NCBI GenBank assembly: GCA_963799845.1
Contig: CAWCYI010000004.1
Coordinates: 1,536,001 to 1,600,000, forward strand
Length of the DNA stretch: 64,000 bases
Reading direction: 5' to 3'
Source of the DNA: an uncultured Nitrososphaerota archaeon
GTDB taxonomy: Archaea > Thermoproteota > Nitrososphaeria > Nitrososphaerales > CADDZS01
Below are positions 1-11,082 of the stretch, one piece after another (position 1 is the first letter of the stretch; each line of letters starts with the position of its first letter). A program made the translations under genes and the position numbers. The notes below the pieces were generated by a model, which ran no database searches, had not been told where the DNA came from, and saw only the letters and a program-made list of their open reading frames with translations.

Positions 1-146
1 CTTCAGTTCGGAAGGTGTTCTGGGAACAAAAGGATGGAGGAGCAAGCTGGATGTTATACGACGAAACATCGAAGAAGAAGTACAAGTTCGATTCACGGAA
101 ATCAGACAGTGGAGAATCTAGTGTGCGCACCCGAGAGAAGTGAAGA

Positions 147-719
147 TTGAGTCTCAAGGTTTCATCGAAGGAAGGCGAAGGTGTTGGCGTTCGAGAGACA
201 CCTTGTCCAAGACCAGCAGAAGATCGACAGACCAGATTCGAGTTTACGAGGTTGATAATCGTGATTTTTATGTTCGTATCCGTGCGTGGACCACTCTTCC
301 GAGTGGAGGATCTAACTGCGATGGGGTGGAACAGACTATATGTCTGGAGAGCCTTGAACAGCCTTGTAAAAGCTGGTATCCTAGAAAAGTTTGATCGCAA
401 ATCCTATGGCATAACTGACGATGCACGCAAGTTGTTCAGAACGGCTTTTGGAGGAGGAGTAAATGATGCCTCTTTTGCCTATTCCACAATGGCGGTCGAG
501 ACGTGGAGCGAAATTAGGCTAGATCGCTTCAAGTCAAAGCTTAGTGAGATATGGGAGGAAAGACCGGAAAGAGTCAAGCAAGATCCAGCAAGATTTGGAT
601 TAACTTTGAACCAGGCCGACTATTCCAGCCTGACAAATCTACTCCACGAAAAGATCGAAGAGGCTTCTTATGTTGCGTCAATGCTCAAAAAAAGAACCGA
701 TACAGACGGGGCAAAGTAG
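147..719 (+). CDS. Winged-helix DNA-binding protein
   Basis: LYVWRALNSLVKAGILEKFDRKSYGITDDARKLF resembles a wHTH recognition helix plus wing. Confidence 0.55.
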   Translation: MSLKVSSKEGEGVGVRETPCPRPAEDRQTRFEFTRLIIVIFMFVSVRGPLFRVEDLTAMGWNRLYVWRALNSLVKAGILEKFDRKSYGITDDARKLFRTAFGGGVNDASFAYSTMAVETWSEIRLDRFKSKLSEIWEERPERVKQDPARFGLTLNQADYSSLTNLLHEKIEEASYVASMLKKRTDTDGAK

Positions 720-726
720 CTTAATT

Positions 727-806
727 TGTAACATGAAAATATCATAATTCGTAACTTGAAAAGTAAGTTACTAATTAAGTAACTTTGATGTTACACTTTA
801 CGTTAC
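727..806. promoter_or_regulatory. AT-rich array of six GTAAC/GTTAC motifs (operator/iteron-like)
   Basis: GTAAC at 728, 751, 779 and GTTAC at 767, 790, 802. Inverted repeats AAGTTAC-N7-GTAACTT (765-785) and TGTAACAT/ATGTTACA (727/788). Confidence 0.55.
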
Positions 807-1004
807 ATGGGCTTTTTCGATCCTCGTTATCCAACGTACAGCGCCCGGATATTTGCTTTCACTTGAAGTCTCTCTCAGATTAGTTTAGGACCCTTCATAG
901 TGTCGGAAAGAGGGACTCTCTGTCCGATTCTTCGGCGTTTTAAACGAATTCACATTCCAAGCAGTTTAGGACATAATTGCTTGAGGAGAGAAAAGTGTAC
1001 TAAG

Positions 1005-1226
1005 ATGAAGAATTGCCATCACAGTGGTGGTCAACGCTTCTTCTCGATTTGTACAACAAGCGAATCGACGGCACCTGGCGATGGTAGAGGACGGGATAAA
1101 GATGAGGATGATCCCAGATGCGACTTTTGTGGAACTTATGAAGATCTAAGAGGACACGTTGACTCTGAGAAGAGTTCTGAGATATTCTACCTCTGCGAGA
1201 CTTGCTGCAGGGAGCTTCACGGATGA
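1005..1226 (+). CDS. Small putative zinc-finger protein
   Basis: CDFC...CETC motif; start uncertain (ATG 1005 within ORF 900..1226). Confidence 0.4.
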   Translation: MKNCHHSGGQRFFSICTTSESTAPGDGRGRDKDEDDPRCDFCGTYEDLRGHVDSEKSSEIFYLCETCCRELHG

Positions 1227-1247
1227 AAGAAAGGTGAGATCGAAGGA

Positions 1248-3837
1248 TTGACAACCAGTATCGCGCAAGGCGAACAGGAGTTAGGAGTGTTCCCCGCAGC
1301 ACTTTTCAAACTGGTAATTATAGCAGTGATTCTTGGAGCTTCTTTTCTGATTGTCTTCTTTGCTCCGACTTCTTTCTCCACTTCGACTTCGAGCTCCTAT
1401 ACATTGACAGTAAGCTCGCCTTACGGCACTTCATATGGGTCCGGAAGCTATCCGAACGGCACTACCGCCACCTTCGGCATATCTGCGACAACCGTCTACA
1501 GCCCTGAAGGTACTACAAGGTACATATTCGCGGGATGGTCTTGTTCCGGCAGCGGCTGCTATTCAGGATCCAGCCCCTCGGACTCGGTAGTCATGAACGA
1601 TAATATCGTTGAAAATGCGGATTGGATAACTCAGTACCTACTTTCGATCTCGGTGACAGGAAATGGATCAGTGAATCCAACAGGGCAGAACTGGTATGAT
1701 GCTGGTTCAATAGTCGAGGTTTCCGAAACTCCCCAAGGAGGGACATGGATTTTTGACTATTGGGAACTTGGCGGGGAGAACGTCGGTTCATCGCAGACAT
1801 ACACAGTTGCAATGGACTCGCCCCAGGATCTCATTGCCAATTTCATTGACGCTCAGATACAATCGAAGCTAGTGAATGTGACTGACTCTTACGGGAACAA
1901 CCTGAGAAATCCAGACGGGACCTTTTACAGACTGGACAAGTTCGAGATACAGTATGAAGTGGTCATCGTTGGAGGGAATAGTATTCTCCCTCCGAGCATT
2001 ACATTCGTTGTAAACGTCACTTATCCTCAGAACGTTCTAAGTGAGACCGAGAACGGAAGTGATTTTTCGATCTTCACGGTATTGCCAAATGCCGTATTTG
2101 CGCCCTACAACATTACGCTCACCGCTTCCATACTGAATTCAGTCGACGATTCAAGGAGATCTATTCCGAATTACAACTACGAGCCCTTCGCGGTCGTTAA
2201 TTATTCCCCCTATTTTGCCTACTTTACATACATGGATTACAACGCTCTAAATTCCTCAACTTATGAAAGACCTTTTGTCGTTCTTCTAAGATACGACGGA
2301 AATTCTCCAGGATACAGACTATTCAGGAGACATCAACACCGATCCATTCAGCTCTTCAAACTCAACGGGTGAGAGAGTCATTGTAAACAGCTTCACTTTC
2401 TCGACAAAGGGCTGGAGCATTTTCTCGAACCTCAGCATCGTCAACGATTCATTTGGCGTGACAAATTTCCTCTATCATCCAGACCTCAGCTTGTCTTCTA
2501 CGCTCCTGAACAACAAGACAGGATTTCCTACCGTGATAACTTGGTCAAATAGAGTTCAGAAGTACTACTTCCTCTCTAACATCCAACAGATCGAGAATTA
2601 CGTGAGTGCTGATTCAATAATATACTTCAATGTGACCGCGTGTGCATGGTATGACAATAGTTACGGCTCTTCTAATTATCGAACTAACGATTTCAACACT
2701 TCCTATCTGTACCAGCCTATATTTTTCAACGGCTACCTGGTGTTCAAGCCTTACGGCGGCTCAGATGCGAACTTCTCGGTTACGATTGTCTCGCACAATC
2801 CCGCCCCGCTCGATTCTTATGTCGTCTCCGAGGCTTCTTCGGTTTTTGGGAACGACACAAAGGCAACCAGTTCGTTAGACCAGGATCTCTATCCAGCATA
2901 TTCTACAACGATCTTGAAACCGTTAATTTCGGATTCTCAAGAGTGGGTGTTTTTGATAAACCAGACCAATCTCGCGACCTCGAATTCAGACACGATGCCG
3001 TACTTTACTATTTCAGTTTCTGGAAAGGTTGGATATACCCAATACATTTACGAGGCAAACAATCCGCCTTATTACTTGAGCGCCCCAGTCACTTACTATC
3101 AAGCTGTCGAGAGCACTACTTACAATGTCTCTGACTATTTTGGACTCTTCGCGATGAGTGATTTTCCTACTTCCTTCCCCTTCCAAGATCTCACCGGATA
3201 TTATTTCATGCAGCCGTCCGTGGGAGAGGATCTCGTCATGCAGCCTCTAAATTTCTCGTTTTCCTCTTCCGCATCCATTCCCTACTTGGTAAGAACATAT
3301 TCAGATCCTACCGGACCTTTCTTCGTATCGTACGAACCAGGGAATCTGACCCAATCCTATGCTATGGTCTATGGAGAAAATTCAATGACCGTCGTATCAT
3401 CGAACTTTGTTGGCGGAGGAATAGGCCTCGACGGCAATCCGGTATCTGAGAACGGAGGGACTTCCTATGAAGTGTCACTGCTCATAGGAAACCAGAGTGG
3501 CGGAGCCTCTTATGTTTGGGTAGTGAGCGACAAAGGTCAAGTTCTGTATAACGAGAGCCTACTCGCTTCCTCATCCTCGTCCATTTCAGGATTATTCGGG
3601 CCTGCCGGATACGTTGGAGAATACACACTACAGTTCCCCGTTGGAAACGCTAGCAGCTCTGTTTCGATTTATATCGAAAACGCTTGGGGCGGCATGAGCA
3701 TAATTGAAGGACTGGAGATAACTCCGAGTTCTCCCCCGCCTCTGTATTATTCTTCGGAGTTTCTCGCTGCTATACTCGTAATTGCATTCATGATATGGTT
3801 CTGTTCGGCCTTTGGTCGGCGAATGAAGTTCTCATGA
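1248..3837 (+). CDS. Large membrane-anchored surface protein with InlB B-repeat-like beta domains (one frameshift near 2315)
   Basis: N-terminal TM, repeats such as YLLSISVTGNGSVNP...WIFDYW, many NxS/T sequons, C-terminal TM. ORFs 1248..2372 and 2458..3837 join through an open alternative frame (DYSGDINTDPF...). Confidence 0.75.
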
Positions 3838-5153
3838 ATTCTCTACTTCACTCTTTCCTCTGACCTCAGCTTACTCGAATCGACTCGAAGAATCACCGTC
3901 GGCGTCTGCGGGTTCCCCCTCACTGCTTCACTTTCGAGTCCTTTTACGTTGTGAGACTGTGCGAACCTCACCCAGCCTCTGCGAAAGATGTTCATGACAG
4001 CTACTAGATCTCTGTCAAACCATCTTTTGCATGCGATACACCAGAGCTCTCTTTTATGTTCGGCATCGCTTTTGAGTGGTTGTTGGAGTCTCTCCCCGCA
4101 TATGTAGCACTCAAGCGAAGTTCCTCTGGTTTCTTTTTTAGTTAAGCGAATAACTGGAATCCCCTGCCAATTTGCTATATACTCTATCAACCTCTTTATT
4201 TCAGTGAAAGGCCAGTTGTTATTCATCATTCGTCGATATTTCCTGCCTTGATAGTTACCTTTTCCGTACATTGAGCGAATGTTTGTGATATCTTCAAAGA
4301 CTATGGCTAACCTATTGAGCGAGCAGAATGTAATGATGTCATTTGATACTAAATTCAAAATGCTTTGAGTTCGATTCTTCTTTCTTCTCCCATACTTCGA
4401 AATCATCCTCTTCCTGATTCGGAAATCGTTTCTAACGAAAGATTTTATGATCCCTTTTGTGGTCTCGCCTATCTCGACAATCTTGTTCATGTCGTAGTAT
4501 GCGACTCTTGATGGATTTCCAGTTGCCAGATTTCTCAGGTTCCGATCTATTCCAGCTGCTGAGGTTATGCCAGTTATCTCAGGTATTTCCTTTGCAATGC
4601 ACAGTGATAGGGATCTCTCAGTTAAAGTGAATGATCTTACTTTGATATCTAGGTCTGAAGCGAGAATCTTAACCGTATGTGCGTTCAACGAAATGAACTC
4701 ACACTTTCCTCTCCCGATCAGAATCCTTAGCTCTCCGTTTACAATCTTGAAACTGTAACACGAGACTACGATGGACTTCTTCAGATAAGGGTCTTTGGTT
4801 GGATGGCCTCTCTTGATCGATTTCTTTCTCGAAGCTAGTATTCCAGCAGCTTTGGATATTGCGCATAGCTTGTAGCAGGAAGGGACATTTCTGTACCTCT
4901 TGAGCTCTTTATAGGAGAGCATTGAAAGCTTCTTTAGGGCGGATACATTGTTATTTGCCAGTCCAATCCTGATAGCGTCGTTTGTCATTTGTCGATAATC
5001 ATTCATCAAGCAAAGTATTTCTTTCGATGGACAGTAAGATTGCTTGATAGATTTCCTTGCAAGCACTTGGAATACCCTCATGACAGCAAATCTCTCAATA
5101 TTTGAACATTGTTAGCTTTTTTCAAATATTTGATTGATTTTTCTCCCCGAACC
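3797..5153 (-). mobile_element. TnpB-only element bounded by short inverted termini TGGTTC/GAACCA
   Basis: GGTTCTGTT at 3797 and CCGAACC ending 5153. The homologous fragment at 17066-17201 also ends in GAACCA. No TSD seen. Confidence 0.5.
3843..5081 (-). CDS. tnpB: TnpB RNA-guided endonuclease (archaeal subtype)
   Basis: RuvC-I GIDRN, RuvC-II IVFED, Zn ribbon CYIC...CIAC, RuvC-III DRDLVAVMNI. Confidence 0.92.
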   Translation of the reverse strand: MRVFQVLARKSIKQSYCPSKEILCLMNDYRQMTNDAIRIGLANNNVSALKKLSMLSYKELKRYRNVPSCYKLCAISKAAGILASRKKSIKRGHPTKDPYLKKSIVVSCYSFKIVNGELRILIGRGKCEFISLNAHTVKILASDLDIKVRSFTLTERSLSLCIAKEIPEITGITSAAGIDRNLRNLATGNPSRVAYYDMNKIVEIGETTKGIIKSFVRNDFRIRKRMISKYGRRKKNRTQSILNLVSNDIITFCSLNRLAIVFEDITNIRSMYGKGNYQGRKYRRMMNNNWPFTEIKRLIEYIANWQGIPVIRLTKKETRGTSLECYICGERLQQPLKSDAEHKRELWCIACKRWFDRDLVAVMNIFRRGWVRFAQSHNVKGLESEAVRGNPQTPTVILRVDSSKLRSEERVK

Positions 5154-5363
5154 AAAGTCTGAACACAACCAGCTCCTATCGTCAGCACTTCTTGATATTT
5201 CTTGTTGCGAATTCTTAGAAACACCGGAAATCCTAATGACGGGTTGACAATAATAATTATGGCATGAAATCGCTTATTTTCAGGTACTGTAATAATTGTG
5301 CGATTTCAGAGCACCGTCTCTTAAAACCTCATCCAGTTTACCTGTTTCTGGACAGGATAAGGA

Positions 5364-5738
5364 ATGTGTGCAGAAGTTCTATCTTGGCGCGAGGAGAATT
5401 GGTGGGAGCGAAAATCGATACCGCTGGGGAGCCATGCGCTTTCTCCTAGGCAGGTGTTTCTTCTTGCCACCCTTGGAGGACTCGGGGATCTCATATCGAG
5501 GCCGATTCCTCTTGCAATCTTCGGAATAATCTACATTGGAAAATTAATCCCTGTCTTCGCGATGCTCGCAGTAGGATTCGTTTTGAGTTCTCAGCGGGTA
5601 AGGATGATTCCCTTGGAGTTTGAGCTATTCTTCAAGGCTACTAAGAATAAAGATTTGATGACAGCGGCAAATTTAGGACATTTTCTAAACGCAGACAAAG
5701 CAGACAACGATGAGAAGGCAGGGAGTCAGATACAATGA
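5364..5738 (+). CDS. PrgI/VirB3-like membrane protein
   Basis: LSPRQVFLL followed by TM helices; overlaps the VirB4 start. Confidence 0.55.
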   Translation: MCAEVLSWREENWWERKSIPLGSHALSPRQVFLLATLGGLGDLISRPIPLAIFGIIYIGKLIPVFAMLAVGFVLSSQRVRMIPLEFELFFKATKNKDLMTAANLGHFLNADKADNDEKAGSQIQ

Positions 5739-7768
5739 TGAACGACATTGTAGATGGAATCAGAAGAAAACTGAGACAAGTGGAGGTAAGCCACTCTCAT
5801 TCTGAAACTGCCAAAGAAGATTCTCCGCTCGCTCCTATGTGCTATGAGCTGCGTTCCATCAATCTGTGGGGAATGAAGGAAAGAGAGCAGGAGGAGGTCA
5901 TTGGAAGGTTCGTCCAATTTCTCAATGCGCTTGTGGAGCCCACGACGTTTAGAATAATAGAAGATTCCCGAGACGTGAGGGCAGGCGCCTCGATTTATGA
6001 AAATGCGAGATACAAACGGTATTTCATCGAAACAAGATCTGAGATGGACGCAGCGGTTTCGATGATCGGCGCGAGATACGAAAAGATTCCATATATCCCG
6101 GAGTTGAAAATGGTTCAGGCTTATCCTAAATATTTCATCGATGATTCTTCAAATTTCGTTCAGGTATCAAACATGACAAGACTGGGCGGTAGACTTCCTA
6201 CGGGCTTCTTATCGCAGGTGTACGGAATAGCTCACGAAGTCAGGGTGGAGATAGATCCTGTAAGTGAGATATTCAGGGCAAAGAGGATGGTCAACGAGCG
6301 GCTCTATTCTGTGAGCGAATCCATCGCGTACAGGCAATCCAGGAGCTGGCTGGTTGGAGCGGATTTGGTGACACAGAGAGAAAGACTCGAGCGGATAGCA
6401 AATGAGCTTTCGTCCTCCTCTCAGAGGCTCTTTCGAGTGAGGTTGAAGTTCGTACTTAGAGCCCCCACGATTGATCTTCTCAGGGAGAGGAAAAAGCTTC
6501 TGAAACAGGCGCTGGGCTCATTCGTCGAAGAGATTGATTCTCCTGCTTACCTTCAGATGCCGATGTACACGGGGAAGGGACCGGCCTGGACGACCGGGAG
6601 GTGGTTTTTCGTACCCACTGAAACTCTTGGCGTCTTTTTTCCATTTGCTGGATTGGATCTCATTGATCCTAAAGGTACCCTCGTGGGAGAAAATCTACTT
6701 ACACATAACGTCATCCTCTATGATATTTACGAGAAGGAGAATTACAACATTGCCCTAATAGGCTCGACGGGAGCTGGAAAATCGACTCTCATCAAGTCGT
6801 GGGTGTCGAGAATGGCTTTGGAGAATCCCGAGATGGTTTTGTTTACATTCGACGCTTTGGACAAGAGAGAGTACAGCGCCGGTCCGGACGGAGAATATGA
6901 GTCTTCGTTTGCCTTCAAAACTGGAAGCTCGGTGTACGTTCTGAAACAGAACGAGAAAACGGGACTGGACCCTTTCAAAATGTTCTTGGAAGAGGGAACA
7001 AACGAGCCAGACAGGAAAACTGTATCGGAATTCCTTTCTATGCTTTTGAATGAAGCGCGGGAACCAGAGCTTAGGACCGACCTGAGACTTGCCTGCGAAA
7101 AATCATCTTCTTTCGAAGATCTTCTTGCAAATTCGCCTCGTGATTTGAAAAAGCAGCTCGACGCGGATTTGAAGCCCTACAGGTTCCTTTTCGAGGGTGA
7201 ACCCATGCAGTGAGACTCGAGAACATGCTTTGTTATGAGCTCTCTTCCTGAATGGGCCAAAGATGTGGCACAATTCCTCGCTTTTTCTTACTCCTGGCAG
7301 ATCATTTCCCGACTTCCTATCAGCACGAAGAAGATGATTGTGGTAGACGAGGGATGGAGACTCATTGCCCCGGCGAGCTCCGGAAAATCGATGTCCCCCT
7401 CCAGGATGTCATCGCAGTTCAATGTCGCATCAACATACGTGCCTCGAATCGCAAGGACCGGAAGACATTACAACTGCTCTTTCATTCTTGCAACGCAACT
7501 CGCAAGAGACTTTTTCTCAGATAACTCGATTGGCCGCCCCATGATCGAATCTTGTTCTACCAAGATTGTGTTGAAGCAGGACGAGGCTGCCTCGGACCTC
7601 CTCACGGAACAGCTTTCTATGAGCCACGATGAAGGAAGATTCATCCAGAAGTGTACTCAAGGCCAAGGGCTCCTCCTGACCCCCGAGGGAAGAGTTCAGT
7701 TTTACAATTTGCTAAGTGAAGATGAGAAAAAGTCGTTCACGACAAAGCCGAAAGAGATGAAAATTTGA
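5735..7768 (+). CDS. virB4: VirB4-like conjugation ATPase with in-frame TGA at 7211-7213
   Basis: Walker A GSTGAGKS in the first ORF; Walker B IVVDEGW and RTGRHY..FILATQ in the same-frame ORF 7235..7768. Confidence 0.85.
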
Positions 7769-8029
7769 AGCGCTCTAACTAAATTCGGACTGGTTAGCTA
7801 ATCAACCCTGCCCAAGGATTGAAAGGAAATTTCAGCAGCATATTTGTTTGATTTTGATTTTAATCAGTATTTCGAAATAGGTCCGTTACCATCCTTACTC
7901 TGTTTCTGCGATTCGTTCAGATTATTCCGTCGTCGCTCTTTCCAAAGACAGAGAAGCAGAAATGAGACACAGTTCCGCGTCTTAAGAACTGTCTAGCTCT
8001 CTCTGTCTATTCGAGGTCAAACACGAAAG

Positions 8030-8383
8030 ATGTCATCATCAGTTAACGTGACTAGACACGCCTTCGAAATGATCCTGATACTCCTCCTGCCACTGATAGT
8101 ATCATTCGTCTTCTATCTTGTCGCAGTGGCAGCTGCTGCAGCACAGCTACCAACGGTTGGTTACGGAGTGATCGCAACCCATATCGCAAACGGAGTCTCG
8201 TACATCTGGTGCATCACTGCTGCGTGCGCATCAACCGATCCAGCGCTTCCTACAATACTCTTGAATGCGATAAATGCAATCCTAATCCTTACGGCGATAC
8301 TCGGGACGCTCTTCATTGGATTCCGGCTGGGGCAGGCAATCATAGAGCAGCAGGGAGCGAGGCGTGGCGGGGAACAGCTCTAG
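8030..8383 (+). CDS. Small hydrophobic pilin/VirB2-like protein
   Basis: 117 aa with 2-3 TM segments, between VirB4 and the VirB6-like gene. Confidence 0.45.
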   Translation: MSSSVNVTRHAFEMILILLLPLIVSFVFYLVAVAAAAAQLPTVGYGVIATHIANGVSYIWCITAACASTDPALPTILLNAINAILILTAILGTLFIGFRLGQAIIEQQGARRGGEQL

Positions 8384-8544
8384 AAGAAGTGTGGAAACTT
8401 CTTTCTGGAGATATGACAAGGGGGCGGGCAATTTGAAAGACGCTCTCTTTTCATTCCCTATAAGTTCCTGGGAATTTTGTTTGCAATTTAGAGCTTTGGA
8501 ATGTTTTGAATCTTGAGATCATCGTAGGTTAGGGTTGGAGAAAC

Positions 8545-10389
8545 ATGTTCGGGCGTTACAGGAAATTCAAAGCAAAGTGTGGCTACTACCAAAGGAAAGC
8601 TTCGTATATGTTTGCAATCTCCTTAGTGATCCTTAGCGTTTTCGTTTCTCCGCTGCTCCATAGTTCATCTTCTACTGCGCAGCAAGACCAGCTAAATCCC
8701 TCAACATCAAGACAGATTCTCGGTTCTAGTCAATCTTACGGCTCAATCGTGACTAGCGCACAACAGCAAGCTTCGAACTCTACAACCAGTGACATCTGGT
8801 ACAAAGTTGTTGCCCTCCCTCTTTTCAACGATTCGATGCTCGGAGCTTCAAACATCACCTCGTATGACCCGGTGATCCCTGGTCTGGGCAACGTGTACAA
8901 CTTTGTTCTCATAATTGCCATTATCATCATAATGGTGGGTGGAGCGCTTGCCCTAATCTTGAGGAGGATGGGCAAGCAAGGCACGGACTCGATGATAATG
9001 GACGTCATCATCGGCCTTATAGTTGTGATAGCATTTCCCTCGATTTACGACGGCGTGGCGAGGATGATAAACTACCTGACTCAGACATTGATCGCCTATC
9101 CGAATCCATACTACGACTACGGGACAGTCCTACAAACTCTTTGGAACAACATGGAATTTGCCCACGGCTGGAGTTTGTGGACCCTCCTCACAAATAGCTT
9201 CTTTCAGATAGTATTCTTCATCATATCCGGTGTCATCTACATCATGCTCTTCTTCCTCGGAGTTGCGAGGATATTCATCATAGCAGCAATGATTGTCGCT
9301 TTTCCACTCTCGATGGGCCTTCGCCTGATTCCCTTCACGAGGAAGTTAAGCTCCATGATTGACGACACCCTGTTTGGTCTGATGCTCGCTTCCGTAATGA
9401 GCGCTGTTGTTCTTGGAGTGGGTTCGTACATTCTTTCTCCGAATGTCTGGAACTCCTCCTCAGGAAACATCTTCTTTCAAGCTGTAGGTCAGAACGGCGG
9501 CCAGAACTGGGTCGCAGCTGCTGCTCTTCTGACTGCAATCTTGATGCCCACAGTTCTCGCCCCCCTCACTGCTACCGTCTTCCAGGCTGCGTCACAGGTC
9601 GCGATGACGGGTGTGGGAGTTGCCACAATGATTGCATCTGGAGTTGCAACCGGCGGAGCTGGTGGGTTGAGCGCAGCAGGTTCCGCAGTGGGAACCCTTG
9701 GAAAGACCGCACAGATTGCAGGGCAGCCACCTCCTTCCATCCCACAAAAACTGGTGACCGGTATGAAGGCCTTTGGCTCCACCGGTCTTCCCGCGATTGG
9801 ATACAACGTCGCAACCCTTGGGGCTGCAGGATTTGTGAGTGCCGCGGGCGCGGGAGCTGCTGGCTCAGTAATGAGGAAGGCGGCACCGTTACAAACGCCT
9901 CGAGTAATGATTCCGAAAGTTCAAGCACAGCAGGCCTCCCAGATAGGTCAGGCTCACGTTGCTGCTGCCACGGGCTCAATTCAGAAGATAAATTCGATAA
10001 GTTTGGCAGCTACCCCGACCTCAAATGTTCACGTCGTTAATCCAACAACGGGTTCAGCGATGCCTAATTGGTCGAAGTTAAAACTTCCAGAAGGTCAGCG
10101 GCTGGATTTGATTGATCCGAACAACGAAGAACAGCTGAAGAGGTTTGCAGCGAATTTTCCGTCACATCAGAATCTTTCCGATTCCCTTGTTGATAACAAG
10201 ATAATTACCCCGGAAGCCTCCAAAATCCCTGCGGTGCAGGCAGAGATAAGAAAATTACATTCGATAGTGAGGGGACTGGATCCAAAGGATAAGGTACAGA
10301 GCCAGAAGCTAGCGAACCTTCACAACCATCTGAATGCAAGTGGAAAGCTCGGAAGATCTGTTAAAGAAGAAGACTTCAAGACTCCATAG
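8545..10389 (+). CDS. VirB6/TrbL-like polytopic T4SS membrane protein
   Basis: Multiple TM helices then a Gly/Ala-rich tail typical of TrbL; T4SS context. Confidence 0.7.
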   Translation: MFGRYRKFKAKCGYYQRKASYMFAISLVILSVFVSPLLHSSSSTAQQDQLNPSTSRQILGSSQSYGSIVTSAQQQASNSTTSDIWYKVVALPLFNDSMLGASNITSYDPVIPGLGNVYNFVLIIAIIIIMVGGALALILRRMGKQGTDSMIMDVIIGLIVVIAFPSIYDGVARMINYLTQTLIAYPNPYYDYGTVLQTLWNNMEFAHGWSLWTLLTNSFFQIVFFIISGVIYIMLFFLGVARIFIIAAMIVAFPLSMGLRLIPFTRKLSSMIDDTLFGLMLASVMSAVVLGVGSYILSPNVWNSSSGNIFFQAVGQNGGQNWVAAAALLTAILMPTVLAPLTATVFQAASQVAMTGVGVATMIASGVATGGAGGLSAAGSAVGTLGKTAQIAGQPPPSIPQKLVTGMKAFGSTGLPAIGYNVATLGAAGFVSAAGAGAAGSVMRKAAPLQTPRVMIPKVQAQQASQIGQAHVAAATGSIQKINSISLAATPTSNVHVVNPTTGSAMPNWSKLKLPEGQRLDLIDPNNEEQLKRFAANFPSHQNLSDSLVDNKIITPEASKIPAVQAEIRKLHSIVRGLDPKDKVQSQKLANLHNHLNASGKLGRSVKEEDFKTP

Positions 10390-10455
10390 TCTAAAGAGTC
10401 ATTCGTCGATTCCAGATCGCTTGCTATCTGGGAAAGAGTAAGGATGTATCAACGT

Positions 10456-11022
10456 TCACCGGGATGGGAACTTCTCTTCTGAAATAGACGCTTGGACTAT
10501 TCCCAAAAGAGTTCGCAATGTAGCATCAAAATAGTATCCGTTTTCAACTTTCTCGAGTTTACCCAGAAAGTTCTTCGTGATTCTCAACAGGTCATTGGCG
10601 ATATTGAGAGCTTCACCAAGAGTAAATTTACTAGAAGGATCGCTGGTCCGCTCCTTGCCCAAATGCAAAATTTGGTTGCTCACTTTAATCCAGAATCCGA
10701 GTTCGTTCGTTTCTTTATTTTCATCTTTGATGTTCTCAGTATATGCTGGCCTAGTGAAATCTGTGATGTACATGTTTGCTCTTGGGTAAGAGGTGTCATC
10801 GTATTTTAGTTTTAATCTGTAATAAAATTCGTACAAGACCCGCGAATGAAGCAAAGTATGTTCCAAATTCATGTTGATGAACTGGCGGAATTGCGGAACA
10901 AAATACCTGAAGAGCGTTTTGCAATTCGCAAGCTCAATAACTTCATAGTTGTAGTGATCCGTGATTATCTCTCTTAGTCTTTCTCGTGCATACATATTCT
11001 TTCCCTTTGCATAGAGGGACAT
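10456..11022 (-). CDS. Hypothetical protein, possible HEPN-like domain
   Basis: EHTLLHSRVLYEFY...SNQILHL pattern. Confidence 0.45.
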   Translation of the reverse strand: MSLYAKGKNMYARERLREIITDHYNYEVIELANCKTLFRYFVPQFRQFINMNLEHTLLHSRVLYEFYYRLKLKYDDTSYPRANMYITDFTRPAYTENIKDENKETNELGFWIKVSNQILHLGKERTSDPSSKFTLGEALNIANDLLRITKNFLGKLEKVENGYYFDATLRTLLGIVQASISEEKFPSR

Positions 11023-11082
11023 TTAGGCATTCAGCCCCCAAATGAGGATAGAGGATTCGTGCTGACAATTGCTCTAATATGC

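Noticed and set aside
1-143. 3' end of an upstream gene
   Set aside because: All three frames are open for short stretches; cannot assign a frame or product.
3843-5081. Cas12f/Cas14 call for the TnpB proteins
   Set aside because: No array or adaptation genes; transposon-type ends are present.
7211-7213. Selenocysteine or genetic-code reassignment of TGA
   Set aside because: TGA is a normal stop in many genes here, and the position is not a Cys-type catalytic site.
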